Under the pieces are notes generated by a model. It was not told the origin of the DNA, made no database searches, and was given only the letters and a program-made list of their open reading frames with translations. The translations under genes and the position numbers were made by a program. Below, one piece after another: positions 19,535-29,618 of a stretch of 64,000 nt of DNA. The DNA is taken from contig CAZYNH010000001.1 in the NCBI GenBank assembly GCA_964648295.1, positions 197,180-261,179 on the forward strand, given 5' to 3'. This DNA is from an uncultured Bacteroidia bacterium (lineage in GTDB: Bacteria; UBA4055). The number at the start of each line of letters is the position of its first letter. The stretch's first letter is position 1.

Positions 19535-21184
19535 ATGCCTGATAAAAAAATGATAGATTTATTGCGTAGCCTCATCCAGACTTGGGAAAACGAGGTTATT
19601 GAGTTCAAGGAAGCGAATGATAATTTTCCGACTTCAGATATCGGGAAGTATTTTTCTGCTCTGTCGAACGAGGCTAACTTGAGAGGTAAAGATCGTGCGT
19701 GGCTTGTGTTCGGTGTTCATAATAAAACCCGAAAGATTGTCGGTACTGATTATAGGATGGAACCGGAAAGGCTTCAGAGTCTTAAGATGCAGATTTCGCA
19801 GAATACTGAACCTACTGTTACTTTTCGTAATATTCATGAAGTATTTACGGACAGTTTGAGGGTGATTTTGTTTGAAATTCCTTCTGCGCCGATTGGTATT
19901 CCTATTTCATGGAACGGGCATTATTATTCTCGCTCCGGTGAAAGCTTGGTTTCTCTCGGCTTGAATAAGCTCGATGAGATCAGAAAGCAGACTTCGGCAT
20001 CTGATTGGACGGCAAAGATAATTGATGAAGCTACGGTTGAGCATCTTGACCCTGATGCTATTGAAAAGGCTCGTGAGGCTTACGGAGAAAAATATTCAAA
20101 CCGCTTTACAGAATCAGAAATAAAAAAATGGTCTGTGCCTGTTTTTCTCGACAGGGCAAGGCTGACTATATCGGGTAAGATCACAAGGACTACTTTGATC
20201 CTTCTCGGTAAAAAAGAATCGTCGCATTTTCTTCTTCCCTATCCGTCTCAGATCACATGGAAACTTGAAGATAAAGAAAGAGCTTACGAACATTTCGCGC
20301 CGCCTTTTTTATTGAGTACTTCCGAGCTTTATCAAAAAATAAGAAATTATCAGATCAGAATTCTGCCTGAAAACAGCCTGATCCCCGTTGAAGTTTCCAA
20401 ATATAAACAGAGAGTTATTCTTGAAGCTCTGCATAACTGTATAGCTCATCAGGATTATACAAAAAATTCCAGAATTATCGTAACTGAATATGCGGATAAA
20501 CTTTCTTTTGAGAATGTAGGCAGTTTTTATGAGGGCTACCCTGAAGATTATATCGCCGGGACAAAAACACCGCACAGTTATAGAAATTCTTTTCTTGCTC
20601 AGGCGATGGCCGAGTTAAAAATGATAGACACTTTAGGCTATGGCATTCATGAAATGAATACGGAACAAGCGAAAAGATTTTTTCCGTTGCCTGATTATGA
20701 TCTTTCGGAGCCGGGAGTTGTCAAAGTTTCAATATACGGAAAAGTATTCGATCCTGCTTACAGCAACCTGCTCATACAGAATCCCGATCTTGCGTTAGAG
20801 GATATTATAGCTCTTGACAGAGTTCAGAAAAAGCTTCCTTTGACGGATGAAATGATAAAAAGGTTGAGGAACGCACAGCTTATAGAAGGCCGGAAGCCGA
20901 ACTTTCACATTTCGCTAAAAGTCGCGAAAGTGACAGACAAGAAAGTTGACTATATAAAAACCAAAGGCTTTGATGATTCATACTGTAAAGACTTGATACT
21001 TGAGTTCATAAAAAAATGGGGTGAAATATCCCGCAAACAAGCTGAAGATCTTCTTTGGGATAAATTGCCTGATATTTTAGATGATAAAGCTAAATTCAAT
21101 AAGGTTACTTATATTTTGCAGAGTCTGAAAAAAGATAACTTCATATTTTTAGGAAAAGCTAAAAAATGGAAAATAAATTTATAA
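19535..21184 (+). CDS. Schlafen/AlbA_2 DNA-binding domain + HATPase_c_4 domain protein (putative ATP-dependent transcriptional regulator)
   Basis: N-terminal 'divergent AAA/AlbA_2' motifs (EFKEANDNFP..., AWLVFGVHNKT). The C-terminal HATPase_c_4 N-box is EALHNCIAHQDY. Confidence 0.75.
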   Translation: MPDKKMIDLLRSLIQTWENEVIEFKEANDNFPTSDIGKYFSALSNEANLRGKDRAWLVFGVHNKTRKIVGTDYRMEPERLQSLKMQISQNTEPTVTFRNIHEVFTDSLRVILFEIPSAPIGIPISWNGHYYSRSGESLVSLGLNKLDEIRKQTSASDWTAKIIDEATVEHLDPDAIEKAREAYGEKYSNRFTESEIKKWSVPVFLDRARLTISGKITRTTLILLGKKESSHFLLPYPSQITWKLEDKERAYEHFAPPFLLSTSELYQKIRNYQIRILPENSLIPVEVSKYKQRVILEALHNCIAHQDYTKNSRIIVTEYADKLSFENVGSFYEGYPEDYIAGTKTPHSYRNSFLAQAMAELKMIDTLGYGIHEMNTEQAKRFFPLPDYDLSEPGVVKVSIYGKVFDPAYSNLLIQNPDLALEDIIALDRVQKKLPLTDEMIKRLRNAQLIEGRKPNFHISLKVAKVTDKKVDYIKTKGFDDSYCKDLILEFIKKWGEISRKQAEDLLWDKLPDILDDKAKFNKVTYILQSLKKDNFIFLGKAKKWKINL

Positions 21185-21290
21185 GAACTTATAAGAACTT
21201 TCATGCGTACATTTTCGCTTCTCATGCAGTTTTATAGCTGATTTTTATAAGAAGTTTATGAGAACTTATGTGAACTTTATGAGAAATAAA
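21178..21290. repeat. iteron-like direct repeats of TTATRWGAAC(T)
   Basis: ataagaactt appears twice in perfect tandem at 21181-21200. Four imperfect copies follow (tataagaagtt, tatgagaactt, atgtgaactt, tatgagaaat) at 21246-21290, overlapping the stop codon of the 19535 gene. Confidence 0.6.
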
Positions 21291-21358
21291 GTTATAGTTT
21301 TGGAAATTTGGGATTTTATTCGTATATTATCGTTTGGAAATTATAAAGGGTTTCGGTT

Positions 21359-21667
21359 ATGATGTCGAAAGCAGATATAGTAAAAAAAATCAGGTCGAAA
21401 AAACGATTAATGAGATCTTTGGGCATTTTAAAGCTGTCACTTTTCGGTTCTGCTCTTAACGATACTCAGGATGAAAACAGCGATATTGATCTTTTGGTTC
21501 AGTTCGAAGGCAGTCAAAGTCTTTTTCGCATAATAAAAGCTCAGGAAGAGTTAAAAAAATATTTAGGTAAAGAGGTTGATCTCGTCACGGAAGATTCTCT
21601 TTCGGTATATTTTAGAGATAAAGTTATGAGCGAGATGGAGACTATTATAGATGAAAAATCCCGATAA
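21359..21667 (+). CDS. mntA: nucleotidyltransferase-family antitoxin (MNT/MntA-like)
   Basis: LSLFGSALNDTQDENSDIDLLVQFEG is the minimal-NTase GS...DxD motif. It overlaps the downstream HepT gene. Confidence 0.85.
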   Translation: MMSKADIVKKIRSKKRLMRSLGILKLSLFGSALNDTQDENSDIDLLVQFEGSQSLFRIIKAQEELKKYLGKEVDLVTEDSLSVYFRDKVMSEMETIIDEKSR

Positions 21668-21980
21668 TAAAAAGCTTGTTTTACATATCAAAGATGCCTG
21701 CGAGAGTATTTTCAAATTCATAGAAGGTAAAAATTACGACGATTTTTCCAAAAATGACATGCTTTTAAGCGCGGTTATAAGGAAACTTGAAGTAATAGGA
21801 GAAGCTTCCTCGAAAACAACGGATGAGTATCGTAATGAGAACAAAGAAGTGCCGTGGTCAATTATGATCGGCATGAGAAACCGGCTCATTCACGGTTATT
21901 TCGGTGTTAACAGTAAGACGGTCTGGGATACAGTTAAAGAAGATATTCCGATTCTTTACGATAAAATCTTAAACCTTTAA
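21651..21980 (+). CDS. hepT: HepT/DUF86 HEPN toxin
   Basis: The RNRLIHGY (Rx4HxY) motif. Its size and gene overlap with the MNT partner fit a type VII toxin-antitoxin pair. Confidence 0.85.
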   Translation: MKNPDNKKLVLHIKDACESIFKFIEGKNYDDFSKNDMLLSAVIRKLEVIGEASSKTTDEYRNENKEVPWSIMIGMRNRLIHGYFGVNSKTVWDTVKEDIPILYDKILNL

Positions 21981-22095
21981 AATTCAACTCCGGTTTTTGC
22001 GATAAAATGCACTAAGTTTTTGTTTGCAATAGTATAATCTTTATTTATATTACTTACCTAATTTATTATAAGTAAATAACAGGCAGGATTTCGCC

Positions 22096-23472
22096 ATGAA
22101 TGACATGAACAGGATAGAAACTCAGTTTAAAGATAAAATCAAAAGTTTTCTAAACCAGAATTCGTTCAACACATGGATCAAACCGGTAAAGATCGTCAAT
22201 ATTGACGGAGAGAACATTTCTTTTCAGGTGCCGTCAAAGGTGCATATCGACTATATCAAAGGACAGTACAGGTCGGTTTTCGAAAAAACGCTTAAGGAGA
22301 TACTCTCAAGCGAGAATATCAATATTAAATTTTTGATCGACTCTGATACCGACTTTAATTTTGAGACTAAAACAGGGACGGAAGTCGCAGTAAAAAAACC
22401 AAAAGAGATATCAAAGGGAAGAATAGCCCCGTACAAGGAAACTTCTTTAAACCCGAAATACACTTTTGAGAATTTTGTCATGGGTAACGGCAATGAAACG
22501 GCCTATGTGTCCTCTCTTCAGGTCGCCCAGAATATAAAAAAGACCCAGTACAATCCGCTTTTGATCTTCGGAGGAGTGGGCCTCGGAAAAACGCATCTTG
22601 TTTCCGCGATCGGGAACCATGTTTTTAATCATGATCCCAATATGAAAATACTCTATATGACATCGGATATATTCGTGTTCCAGATAATCAACCACATAAA
22701 AAACAAAACTATTGATGATTACAAAGCTTACCTGAGAACGAAAGACCTTATCATAATCGACGATATCCAGTTCTTCGCCAAAAAAGACAAGAGCATGGAA
22801 GAGCTTTTCCATATCTTCAATTACATTTATAACAGCGGGGGCCAGATAGTCCTTACTTCAGATTTCCATCCCAATGAGATACACGAGCTTGACGACAGGC
22901 TTAAATCAAGGTTTAAAATGGGTTTAATAACAGATGTTAGGGCTCCGGATCTTGAGACGAGGGCGGCTATAATCCGACTCAAGGCGGAAGAAATAAGTTT
23001 CAACCTCGATGATGATATCGTTATGTTCATTGCCAATAATATAAACACGAATGTCAGAGATCTGGAGGGTGCGGTAAAGAAACTGTATTTCCACCATTCG
23101 CATTTTAACAAAGAGATAAGTATCGGTAAGGCGAAAGAAATATTAAAAGAACTTATCACATCAAAAAAATCGACCCTTAATATTGATAAGATACAGGATA
23201 TAGTCTCTGAATTTTTCTCCATCCCTAAAGATCTTTTAATGAAAAAAACAAGAACGAAAGAAGTGGCAGAAGCAAGGGCTGTCGCAATGTATCTCTGCAC
23301 AACTCAGCTTAAAGCTACTACCACAAGTATAGGCGTGCATTTCGGCGGAAGGGAGCACAGCACAGTATCACATGCCGCGGCCAAAATACAGAAAAAACTG
23401 AGCGCGAAGGATCCTGAAACTGTCAAAATGATAGACGAGATACTTAATGTGATTAACTTATCAACATGTTAA
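22096..23472 (+). CDS. dnaA: chromosomal replication initiator DnaA
   Basis: AAA+ Walker A (GGVGLGKTHL), sensor and box VII motifs, and a C-terminal DNA-binding domain (KEVAEARAVAMYL...). Followed by dnaN. Confidence 0.95.
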   Translation: MNDMNRIETQFKDKIKSFLNQNSFNTWIKPVKIVNIDGENISFQVPSKVHIDYIKGQYRSVFEKTLKEILSSENINIKFLIDSDTDFNFETKTGTEVAVKKPKEISKGRIAPYKETSLNPKYTFENFVMGNGNETAYVSSLQVAQNIKKTQYNPLLIFGGVGLGKTHLVSAIGNHVFNHDPNMKILYMTSDIFVFQIINHIKNKTIDDYKAYLRTKDLIIIDDIQFFAKKDKSMEELFHIFNYIYNSGGQIVLTSDFHPNEIHELDDRLKSRFKMGLITDVRAPDLETRAAIIRLKAEEISFNLDDDIVMFIANNINTNVRDLEGAVKKLYFHHSHFNKEISIGKAKEILKELITSKKSTLNIDKIQDIVSEFFSIPKDLLMKKTRTKEVAEARAVAMYLCTTQLKATTTSIGVHFGGREHSTVSHAAAKIQKKLSAKDPETVKMIDEILNVINLSTC

Positions 23473-23668
23473 CAGGAAGGTTTTGTGAATAATTTTTATG
23501 ACAGGTTATACACCCTGTATTCAAAAGATATAAACACGATCTCTGACAGATCCGGTTTTATATCTTTTTATTATTCCGAGGATTATAGAGTTATTCACTT
23601 ATCGCCGGAGTTAATATTTAACAATAGGATTATTTAAATAAATTAAATTTATAAAAAAGGAGAAAAGA
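23473..23668. promoter_or_regulatory. candidate oriC segment (dnaA-dnaN spacer) with DnaA-box-like 9-mers and an AT-rich DUE
   Basis: tgtgaataa at 23484-23492 is the reverse complement of TTATTCACA. ttatacacc lies at 23506-23514 and ttattcact at 23591-23599. Each is within 1 mismatch of TTATNCACA. The 3' part of the spacer is very AT-rich (ttaatatttaacaataggattatttaaataaattaaatttataaaaaa). Confidence 0.45.
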
Positions 23669-24787
23669 ATGATATTTTCGACCCTTAAATCGAACCTGAT
23701 GGCACAGTTGTCGCTTATAAATCCGATACTGCCGTCTCACAGCGCAAAACCGATAACGGAGTGTGTGATACTGTCTCTTAAAGAGAACGAACTGACCATT
23801 ACCGCCACAGATATTTCCGTTACTCTGGTAAATAAGATAGAGGTCAACGGAGTAGAGAACGGAACGGTCGTAGTACACGGTAAGAAATTTATAAATATAA
23901 TTAAAAGTCTGCCGGATGTTGTACTTACCGTTAAAAAGGACGGCGGTGTTGTGAAGATCATCTCCAATAATATAAAATTCGAGCTGGCGGTTACAGAGGA
24001 TTATGAAGATTTCCCGGCCACCCCGAAAAGCCTTTCGGGTAATTATATGGCAATAGATTCACTCAAACTGAAGAATTATATTGAGAAGACTGTTTTCACT
24101 GTATCTCCCGACCAGTTAAGGGCTGTTCTGACAGGCGTGCTGTTCTCGCTCAAGTTAAATCAGCTTACAATGGTAGCAACGGACAGCGTGAGGCTGGTTA
24201 AGCTGGATGACAAGAGCATCAGATATGAAGGCGAAGATACAGATATGATACTCCCCGCCAAATCACTTCAGATAATTTCGAACGCGATAGACAGAAATGA
24301 GGAAACAATGATTTATTTCGAAGAAAATTATGTTGAGTTCCGGTTTGGCAGCGTAACGATATTCTCGAGACTAATAAACGGAAAATATCCCGCATACCAG
24401 GCAATAATACCCGCTAATAATCAGCTGAAAGCGAAATTCGATAAAAACACAACGATCTCCGCGATAAACAGGGTAGCTCTCGCATGCAACCCGGTCACAA
24501 AACTGATAAAATTCAATCTTGAAGCAGGGCAGCTGCTAATCAACACCGAGGACAGCAATTCGTCATCAAGAGCTGAGGAGAGTATCCCATTAGATTATGC
24601 GGGGGAAAAAATGCTTATCGGGTTCAATGCCGGAAAAATTGTCGAGCTTCTTAAAAATATAAGCACAGAAATGGCGCTTATGGAGATCAATAACGGAAAA
24701 AAACCGGTAATTATAAAACCCTACGAATCGACAGAAAGTTATGAAATCATGATGCTTCTGATGCCGTCATCCGTAGAAAATTCATAG
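23669..24787 (+). CDS. dnaN: DNA polymerase III beta sliding clamp
   Basis: Position after dnaA. Three-domain clamp length of about 370 aa with typical N-terminal sequence. Confidence 0.9.
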   Translation: MIFSTLKSNLMAQLSLINPILPSHSAKPITECVILSLKENELTITATDISVTLVNKIEVNGVENGTVVVHGKKFINIIKSLPDVVLTVKKDGGVVKIISNNIKFELAVTEDYEDFPATPKSLSGNYMAIDSLKLKNYIEKTVFTVSPDQLRAVLTGVLFSLKLNQLTMVATDSVRLVKLDDKSIRYEGEDTDMILPAKSLQIISNAIDRNEETMIYFEENYVEFRFGSVTIFSRLINGKYPAYQAIIPANNQLKAKFDKNTTISAINRVALACNPVTKLIKFNLEAGQLLINTEDSNSSSRAEESIPLDYAGEKMLIGFNAGKIVELLKNISTEMALMEINNGKKPVIIKPYESTESYEIMMLLMPSSVENS

Positions 24788-24802
24788 GATCGCCGGAAAA
24801 GA

Positions 24803-25906
24803 ATGAAACTTAAGAAAATAGAGCTTTCGAATTTCAGGAACTATGAAAAACTGGAGCTGGAGTTTAAAAAGAACATAATATGCTTAACCGGGCTCAACGG
24901 ACAGGGAAAGACCAATATTGCGGAAGCTGTATCTGTTTTGGGTCTGCTCAACAGTTTCAGGACATGCAGTTATTCGGAAATGGTCAGGTTCGGAGGCGAC
25001 TGTTTTTTTATTAAAGGGGAATTTACGAATACGGACAAAAGAGATATAGAGGTCAGTATAAGCTTTGACGGCGCTACGAAAAAGATCATGTATCAGAACA
25101 AAAGGGTATTGAGATTTTCCGAGATATGGGGAAAAATACCGGTGATCTATCTTATACCTGACGAAAGTATAATAACGACAGGCCCGCCCAACGCGAGACG
25201 CGATTTTTGCGACAGGCTTATTTCAATGACAGATCCCGGGTATTTGGCGCTGCTGAACGAGTATTCGGCGGTCGTTAAACACAAGAACAGGGTTATATCC
25301 GATATCCGGTCAGGCGACAGTTCCGCCGCCGACATGATTAGTGTCTATAACACAAAAATAGCAGCCGCGGGATCTGAGATATTTTTGAGAAGAATGAAAT
25401 TTATATCTGATTTTCTGCCCTGTTTTAAAGAGATTCTTCTTTTTATTTCCGACGGTTTGTATGAAGGTAACATAGCCTATGAATCGATAATGGAAAAAGA
25501 CGATTATAAAAATGACCTTTCACGGCTTTTAAACGAACAAAAAACGCAGGAGATCAGACGGGGCGTATCTTTCCTCGGGCCTCACAAAGATGATCTTGAA
25601 TTCGAAATAAACGGTAAGTCTTTGAGAAAGTTCGGCTCAAAAGGGCAGCATAAACTATTCCTCGTGGCTCTTAAACTGGCGGGAACCGAGTATATAAAAT
25701 CGGTAACTGACGAATATCCGATATTCATACTTGACGATCTCTATTCTGAGATAGACGAGAATAAAAGCCTGAAAGTAGCAAGGATTCTGGACAAGGATAT
25801 CCAGACTTTTATTACAACAAGCAACAGCAGAATAGTCGACCAGCTTGACCCGAATGTTTCGGAGCTGTTCATGGTGGAGAACGGAAAATGCGCGGCGGTG
25901 TTCTAG
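24803..25906 (+). CDS. recF: DNA replication/repair protein RecF
   Basis: SNFRNY and GLNGQGKTN Walker A motifs, an SMC-like signature and a C-terminal FILDDLYSEID Walker B. Confidence 0.9.
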   Translation: MKLKKIELSNFRNYEKLELEFKKNIICLTGLNGQGKTNIAEAVSVLGLLNSFRTCSYSEMVRFGGDCFFIKGEFTNTDKRDIEVSISFDGATKKIMYQNKRVLRFSEIWGKIPVIYLIPDESIITTGPPNARRDFCDRLISMTDPGYLALLNEYSAVVKHKNRVISDIRSGDSSAADMISVYNTKIAAAGSEIFLRRMKFISDFLPCFKEILLFISDGLYEGNIAYESIMEKDDYKNDLSRLLNEQKTQEIRRGVSFLGPHKDDLEFEINGKSLRKFGSKGQHKLFLVALKLAGTEYIKSVTDEYPIFILDDLYSEIDENKSLKVARILDKDIQTFITTSNSRIVDQLDPNVSELFMVENGKCAAVF

Positions 25907-25907
25907 A

Positions 25908-26228
25908 TTGAAAAAAAGAAAAGATCATATATACAACACTCCCCGAAAGATACCCGCGCTGAACGCGGTCTTCGAAACGGTGATCGCATCCTCTCCGGAG
26001 TTCTCAAGGCTGAAAACCATAATGAGAATACTGAGGGCCTGGGATGAAACCGTCGGGGAAAAATTACGGAGAGTGACACGGGTGATCAAATATGAGAACA
26101 GCGTGCTTTTCATTCGTGTGACCAGCTCAGTATGGCGCAATGAATTCTTTCACATCGAGGATGAGATAAAAAACAGGCTCAGGGGAAAACTGGGCGATAT
26201 AAAAATAACCAAGATCGTTTTTTTATAG
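25908..26228 (+). CDS. DUF721 (DciA-like) small protein, with a probable TTG start just after the recF stop
   Basis: Conserved position after recF. The W...VG...L...V.......L.I.V.SSVW..EL pattern is present. The ORF track extends further upstream to 25845. Confidence 0.6.
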   Translation: MKKRKDHIYNTPRKIPALNAVFETVIASSPEFSRLKTIMRILRAWDETVGEKLRRVTRVIKYENSVLFIRVTSSVWRNEFFHIEDEIKNRLRGKLGDIKITKIVFL

Positions 26229-26244
26229 ACCGGAGGAAAAATAA

Positions 26245-28260
26245 ATGACAGAAACAGAAATGAACAAAGAAGCTTACTCGGCGGATACGATAACCGTTCT
26301 TAAAGGGCTTGAAGCGGTCAGGATGAGACCGGCGATGTATATCGGAGATATAGGCTCCAGGGGTCTGCATCACCTTGTCAACGAGGTCGTTGACAACTCA
26401 ATAGACGAAGCGCTTGCCGGACACTGTACCAGAGTGGATGTGGTGATAGAGGAGAACGGCGGGATTTCGGTGCTGGACAACGGCAGGGGTATTCCGGTGG
26501 ATATGCATAAAGAGGAGAACAAGCCGGGTGTGGAAGTGGCCATGACAATTCTCCACGCGGGAGGTAAATTCGATAAGGAGAACTATAAGGTCTCCGGCGG
26601 TCTTCACGGCGTCGGCGTTTCCTGCGTAAACGCTCTTTCTACAAAAATGATAACGGAAGTTTACAAAAAGGGAAAGCATTTCAGGATCGAATTCGAGAGA
26701 GGTATAACCTCTAGACCCTTAGAGGTTATAGGTGAAACCACGCACAGAGGTACAAAGCAGACCTTTTATCCCGATCCTGAAATATTCGAAACTACTTTAT
26801 ACAATTACGAAACCATAGCTCACAGACTCAGGGTCCTGGCGTTTTTGAACAAAGGACTGATGATAACCCTAAGGGACGCAAGGCCGGAGTCGGTGCGGGA
26901 GGACGGGACTTATCCAAGCAACGAATTCATGTATCAGGGCGGGCTTGTGGAGTTCGTAAAATATATTGACGAGAACAAAAAAAGCATCTGCGAACCTATT
27001 ATGATCGAAAGAACGATAGACGACTATCCGGTAGAGATAGCTCTTTCGTGGAACGATACATACAGGGAGAACATTGAGTCCTACGTGAACAACATACATA
27101 CCATTGAAGGCGGTACGCATGAGGAGGGCTTTAAATCTGCTCTTACGAGGGTGATAAACAAATACGCTCTCGACACAAAAATATTTAAGAACGACAAGAT
27201 GAAGCTTTCCGGATCAGATGTGAGGGAGGGTCTTACGGCCGTGATCTCGATCAAGGTCATGGAGCCGCAGTTCGAGGGACAGACGAAGACCAAGCTCGGA
27301 AACGGGGAGATCACCGGTCTCGTCCAGTCGGTCGTTTACGAAAAACTTCTTGAATGGATGGACGAGAACCCCAGGCCGGCAAGGATGATAGTTGAGAAGT
27401 GTACCGAGGCGTTAAGGGCAAGAGAAGCCGCGAGGAAAGCAAAGGAACTTATCAGAAGAAAGTCGGCTTTTGAGGGCGGTTCGATGCCGGCCAAGCTGTA
27501 CGACTGCTCGAAAGGCTCCGACCCTATGGACTGCGAGCTGTTCATCGTCGAGGGGGACTCCGCCGGCGGATCAGCTGTTGACGGAAGGGATATAAAATAT
27601 CAGGCCATTCTGCCTTTGAGAGGAAAGATACTGAACGTTGAGAAGGCCAGGCTCGACAAGATGCTGGCGAACGAGGAGGTCAAAAGCCTCATAAACGCGA
27701 TCGGAACAGGCATAGGCGAGAACGAGGCCGACTATCCGTTAAGCGCTAACGGAGATCCGCTTCCGCCGGCCGGGAACGGGGACGGGTTCGCTCTTGAAAA
27801 ACTGCGTTACGGCAAGATAATAATCATGACCGACGCCGATGTTGACGGCTCTCACATAAGCACGCTTCTGCTCACTTTTTTCTTCAGGTATATGCCGGAA
27901 CTGATAAAAAGAGGGCACATCTATCTCGCCATGCCCCCGCTCTACAAGGTCTCCAAGGGTAAGATTTTCCATTATGTATATCCGGGTAACGAGGATATGA
28001 AAAATAAGCTGGTCGCAGAACTCGGCGGAGAGGATGGCAAAGGGGTACAGGTCCAGAGGTATAAAGGTCTCGGCGAGATGAATCCCGAGCAGCTCAAGGA
28101 AACTACCCTGGATCCTGAGAAAAGGGTTATAAAAAGGATAAATATCGAAGACGCTGTGGAAGCCGACAGGATATTTACCATGCTGATGGGTGACGAAGTG
28201 CCTCCGAGGAAGGATTTTATTATTGAAAGGTGCCACTTCGCCCAGAATATTGATGCATGA
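26245..28260 (+). CDS. gyrB: DNA gyrase subunit B (type IIA topoisomerase ATPase/Toprim subunit)
   Basis: GHKL ATPase motifs (LHHLVNEVVDNSIDEALAGHC, GLHGVGVSCVNALS), a Toprim motif (EGDSAGGSA) and PLRGKILNVEKA. Position after recF. Confidence 0.9.
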   Translation: MTETEMNKEAYSADTITVLKGLEAVRMRPAMYIGDIGSRGLHHLVNEVVDNSIDEALAGHCTRVDVVIEENGGISVLDNGRGIPVDMHKEENKPGVEVAMTILHAGGKFDKENYKVSGGLHGVGVSCVNALSTKMITEVYKKGKHFRIEFERGITSRPLEVIGETTHRGTKQTFYPDPEIFETTLYNYETIAHRLRVLAFLNKGLMITLRDARPESVREDGTYPSNEFMYQGGLVEFVKYIDENKKSICEPIMIERTIDDYPVEIALSWNDTYRENIESYVNNIHTIEGGTHEEGFKSALTRVINKYALDTKIFKNDKMKLSGSDVREGLTAVISIKVMEPQFEGQTKTKLGNGEITGLVQSVVYEKLLEWMDENPRPARMIVEKCTEALRAREAARKAKELIRRKSAFEGGSMPAKLYDCSKGSDPMDCELFIVEGDSAGGSAVDGRDIKYQAILPLRGKILNVEKARLDKMLANEEVKSLINAIGTGIGENEADYPLSANGDPLPPAGNGDGFALEKLRYGKIIIMTDADVDGSHISTLLLTFFFRYMPELIKRGHIYLAMPPLYKVSKGKIFHYVYPGNEDMKNKLVAELGGEDGKGVQVQRYKGLGEMNPEQLKETTLDPEKRVIKRINIEDAVEADRIFTMLMGDEVPPRKDFIIERCHFAQNIDA

Positions 28261-28795
28261 CGGTTATTCAATAAAAAAAGCCGGCGTCAGGTGCTTTCAG
28301 GAGATAGCAAGGGTACATGTGGACTGCTGGAGAACGACCTACAAAGGTATAGTTCCGGACGAGAAACTCGACGCTATGAGTTATGTTACGAGCGGGGAAA
28401 AATGGAGAAATTTTTTCTGTAAAACTCAGGGTCCGGGATTAAAGAACACCGTGCTTTTAGCAAAAAAAGATAACATTACCGTCGGTTTCTGCGCCGGAGG
28501 CGAAGTCAGAAAATTTTCTAAAAGGACCGGGGGTTACAAAGGGGAGATAAAAGCGATCTATATTCTGAAAGAGCATCAGAAAAAGGGGATCGGGAGAAAA
28601 TTTTTACAGTATTTTGAAGAAATATTTCGCAAGAAAGAAATTTTTTCGTATATTATTTGGGTATTGAAGGATAACGGTTCGAAAAATTTCTACAGAAAAC
28701 TCGGCGGGAAGCTGATAACGACGAAAACTTACGAGATCGGCGGGAAAAAATTGAAGGGATTATGTTTCGGTTTCAGTATAAAGAACGGAGAATGA
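28190..28795 (+). CDS. GNAT family N-acetyltransferase (GTG 28190 or ATG 28232 start)
   Basis: The acetyl-CoA-binding motif QKKGIGRKFLQYFEE. Confidence 0.75.
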   Translation: MTKCLRGRILLLKGATSPRILMHDGYSIKKAGVRCFQEIARVHVDCWRTTYKGIVPDEKLDAMSYVTSGEKWRNFFCKTQGPGLKNTVLLAKKDNITVGFCAGGEVRKFSKRTGGYKGEIKAIYILKEHQKKGIGRKFLQYFEEIFRKKEIFSYIIWVLKDNGSKNFYRKLGGKLITTKTYEIGGKKLKGLCFGFSIKNGE

Positions 28796-28796
28796 A

Positions 28797-29606
28797 ATGA
28801 ATTTTAAAGAAAAAGTTATAAATACCATCAGAAAAAGAAACTCTGCAGTATGCGTGGGTCTTGACGTGGAGCCGGATAAACTTCCGGATATACTCAAGAA
28901 CGAAAAGGACCCTGTTCTCAAGTTCAATAAAGAGATAATAGAAGCTACAAAAGAGTTCACAGCCGCATACAAACCCAATCTGGCATTCTTTGAGCAGTTC
29001 GGGCCTAAAGGGTTTGAATATTTTGAGAAAACCCTGGGATTTATGGGCAGCGGCGTGCTGAAGATAGCCGACGCAAAAAGGGGCGATATCGGCAATACAT
29101 CTAAAAAATACGCTAAGGCGTTCTTCGATATTTTCGACTGCGACGCAGTCACATTAAGCCCGTATATGGGAGAGGACTCCGTAACGCCGTTTTTAGACAA
29201 AGAGGACAGAGGTGTTTTTATCCTGGCGCTAACATCGAACAAAGGCTCATTTGACTTCCAGATGCAGAAGATGTCGGACGGCCGATTTTTGTATGAGACC
29301 GTCATTGAAAAGATAAATTCGTGGAACATAAAAAAGAACTGCGGTCTGGTGGTGGGAGCGACGCATCCGGAGATGTTCGAAGGCATAAGAAAGCTTGCTC
29401 CCGATCTTCCATACCTTATCCCCGGGATAGGAGCGCAGGGCGGCGATCTGGAGAATACGGTAAAATACGGGTTCGTAAAGGACGATGTTCTTTCGCTCGT
29501 GAACTCTTCCAGAGGCATAATATTCGCCTCGTCAGGCAGCGATTTTGCCGAAAAAGCGAGCGAAGAGGCAAAAAAACTGAGAGACATGATAAACAATTTC
29601 CTGTAG
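28797..29606 (+). CDS. pyrF: orotidine 5'-phosphate decarboxylase
   Basis: VCVGLDVEPDKLP, KPNLAFFEQFG and ADAKRGDIGNT motifs. About 270 aa. Confidence 0.85.
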   Translation: MNFKEKVINTIRKRNSAVCVGLDVEPDKLPDILKNEKDPVLKFNKEIIEATKEFTAAYKPNLAFFEQFGPKGFEYFEKTLGFMGSGVLKIADAKRGDIGNTSKKYAKAFFDIFDCDAVTLSPYMGEDSVTPFLDKEDRGVFILALTSNKGSFDFQMQKMSDGRFLYETVIEKINSWNIKKNCGLVVGATHPEMFEGIRKLAPDLPYLIPGIGAQGGDLENTVKYGFVKDDVLSLVNSSRGIIFASSGSDFAEKASEEAKKLRDMINNFL

Positions 29607-29618
29607 AGAAAAGGCTGT

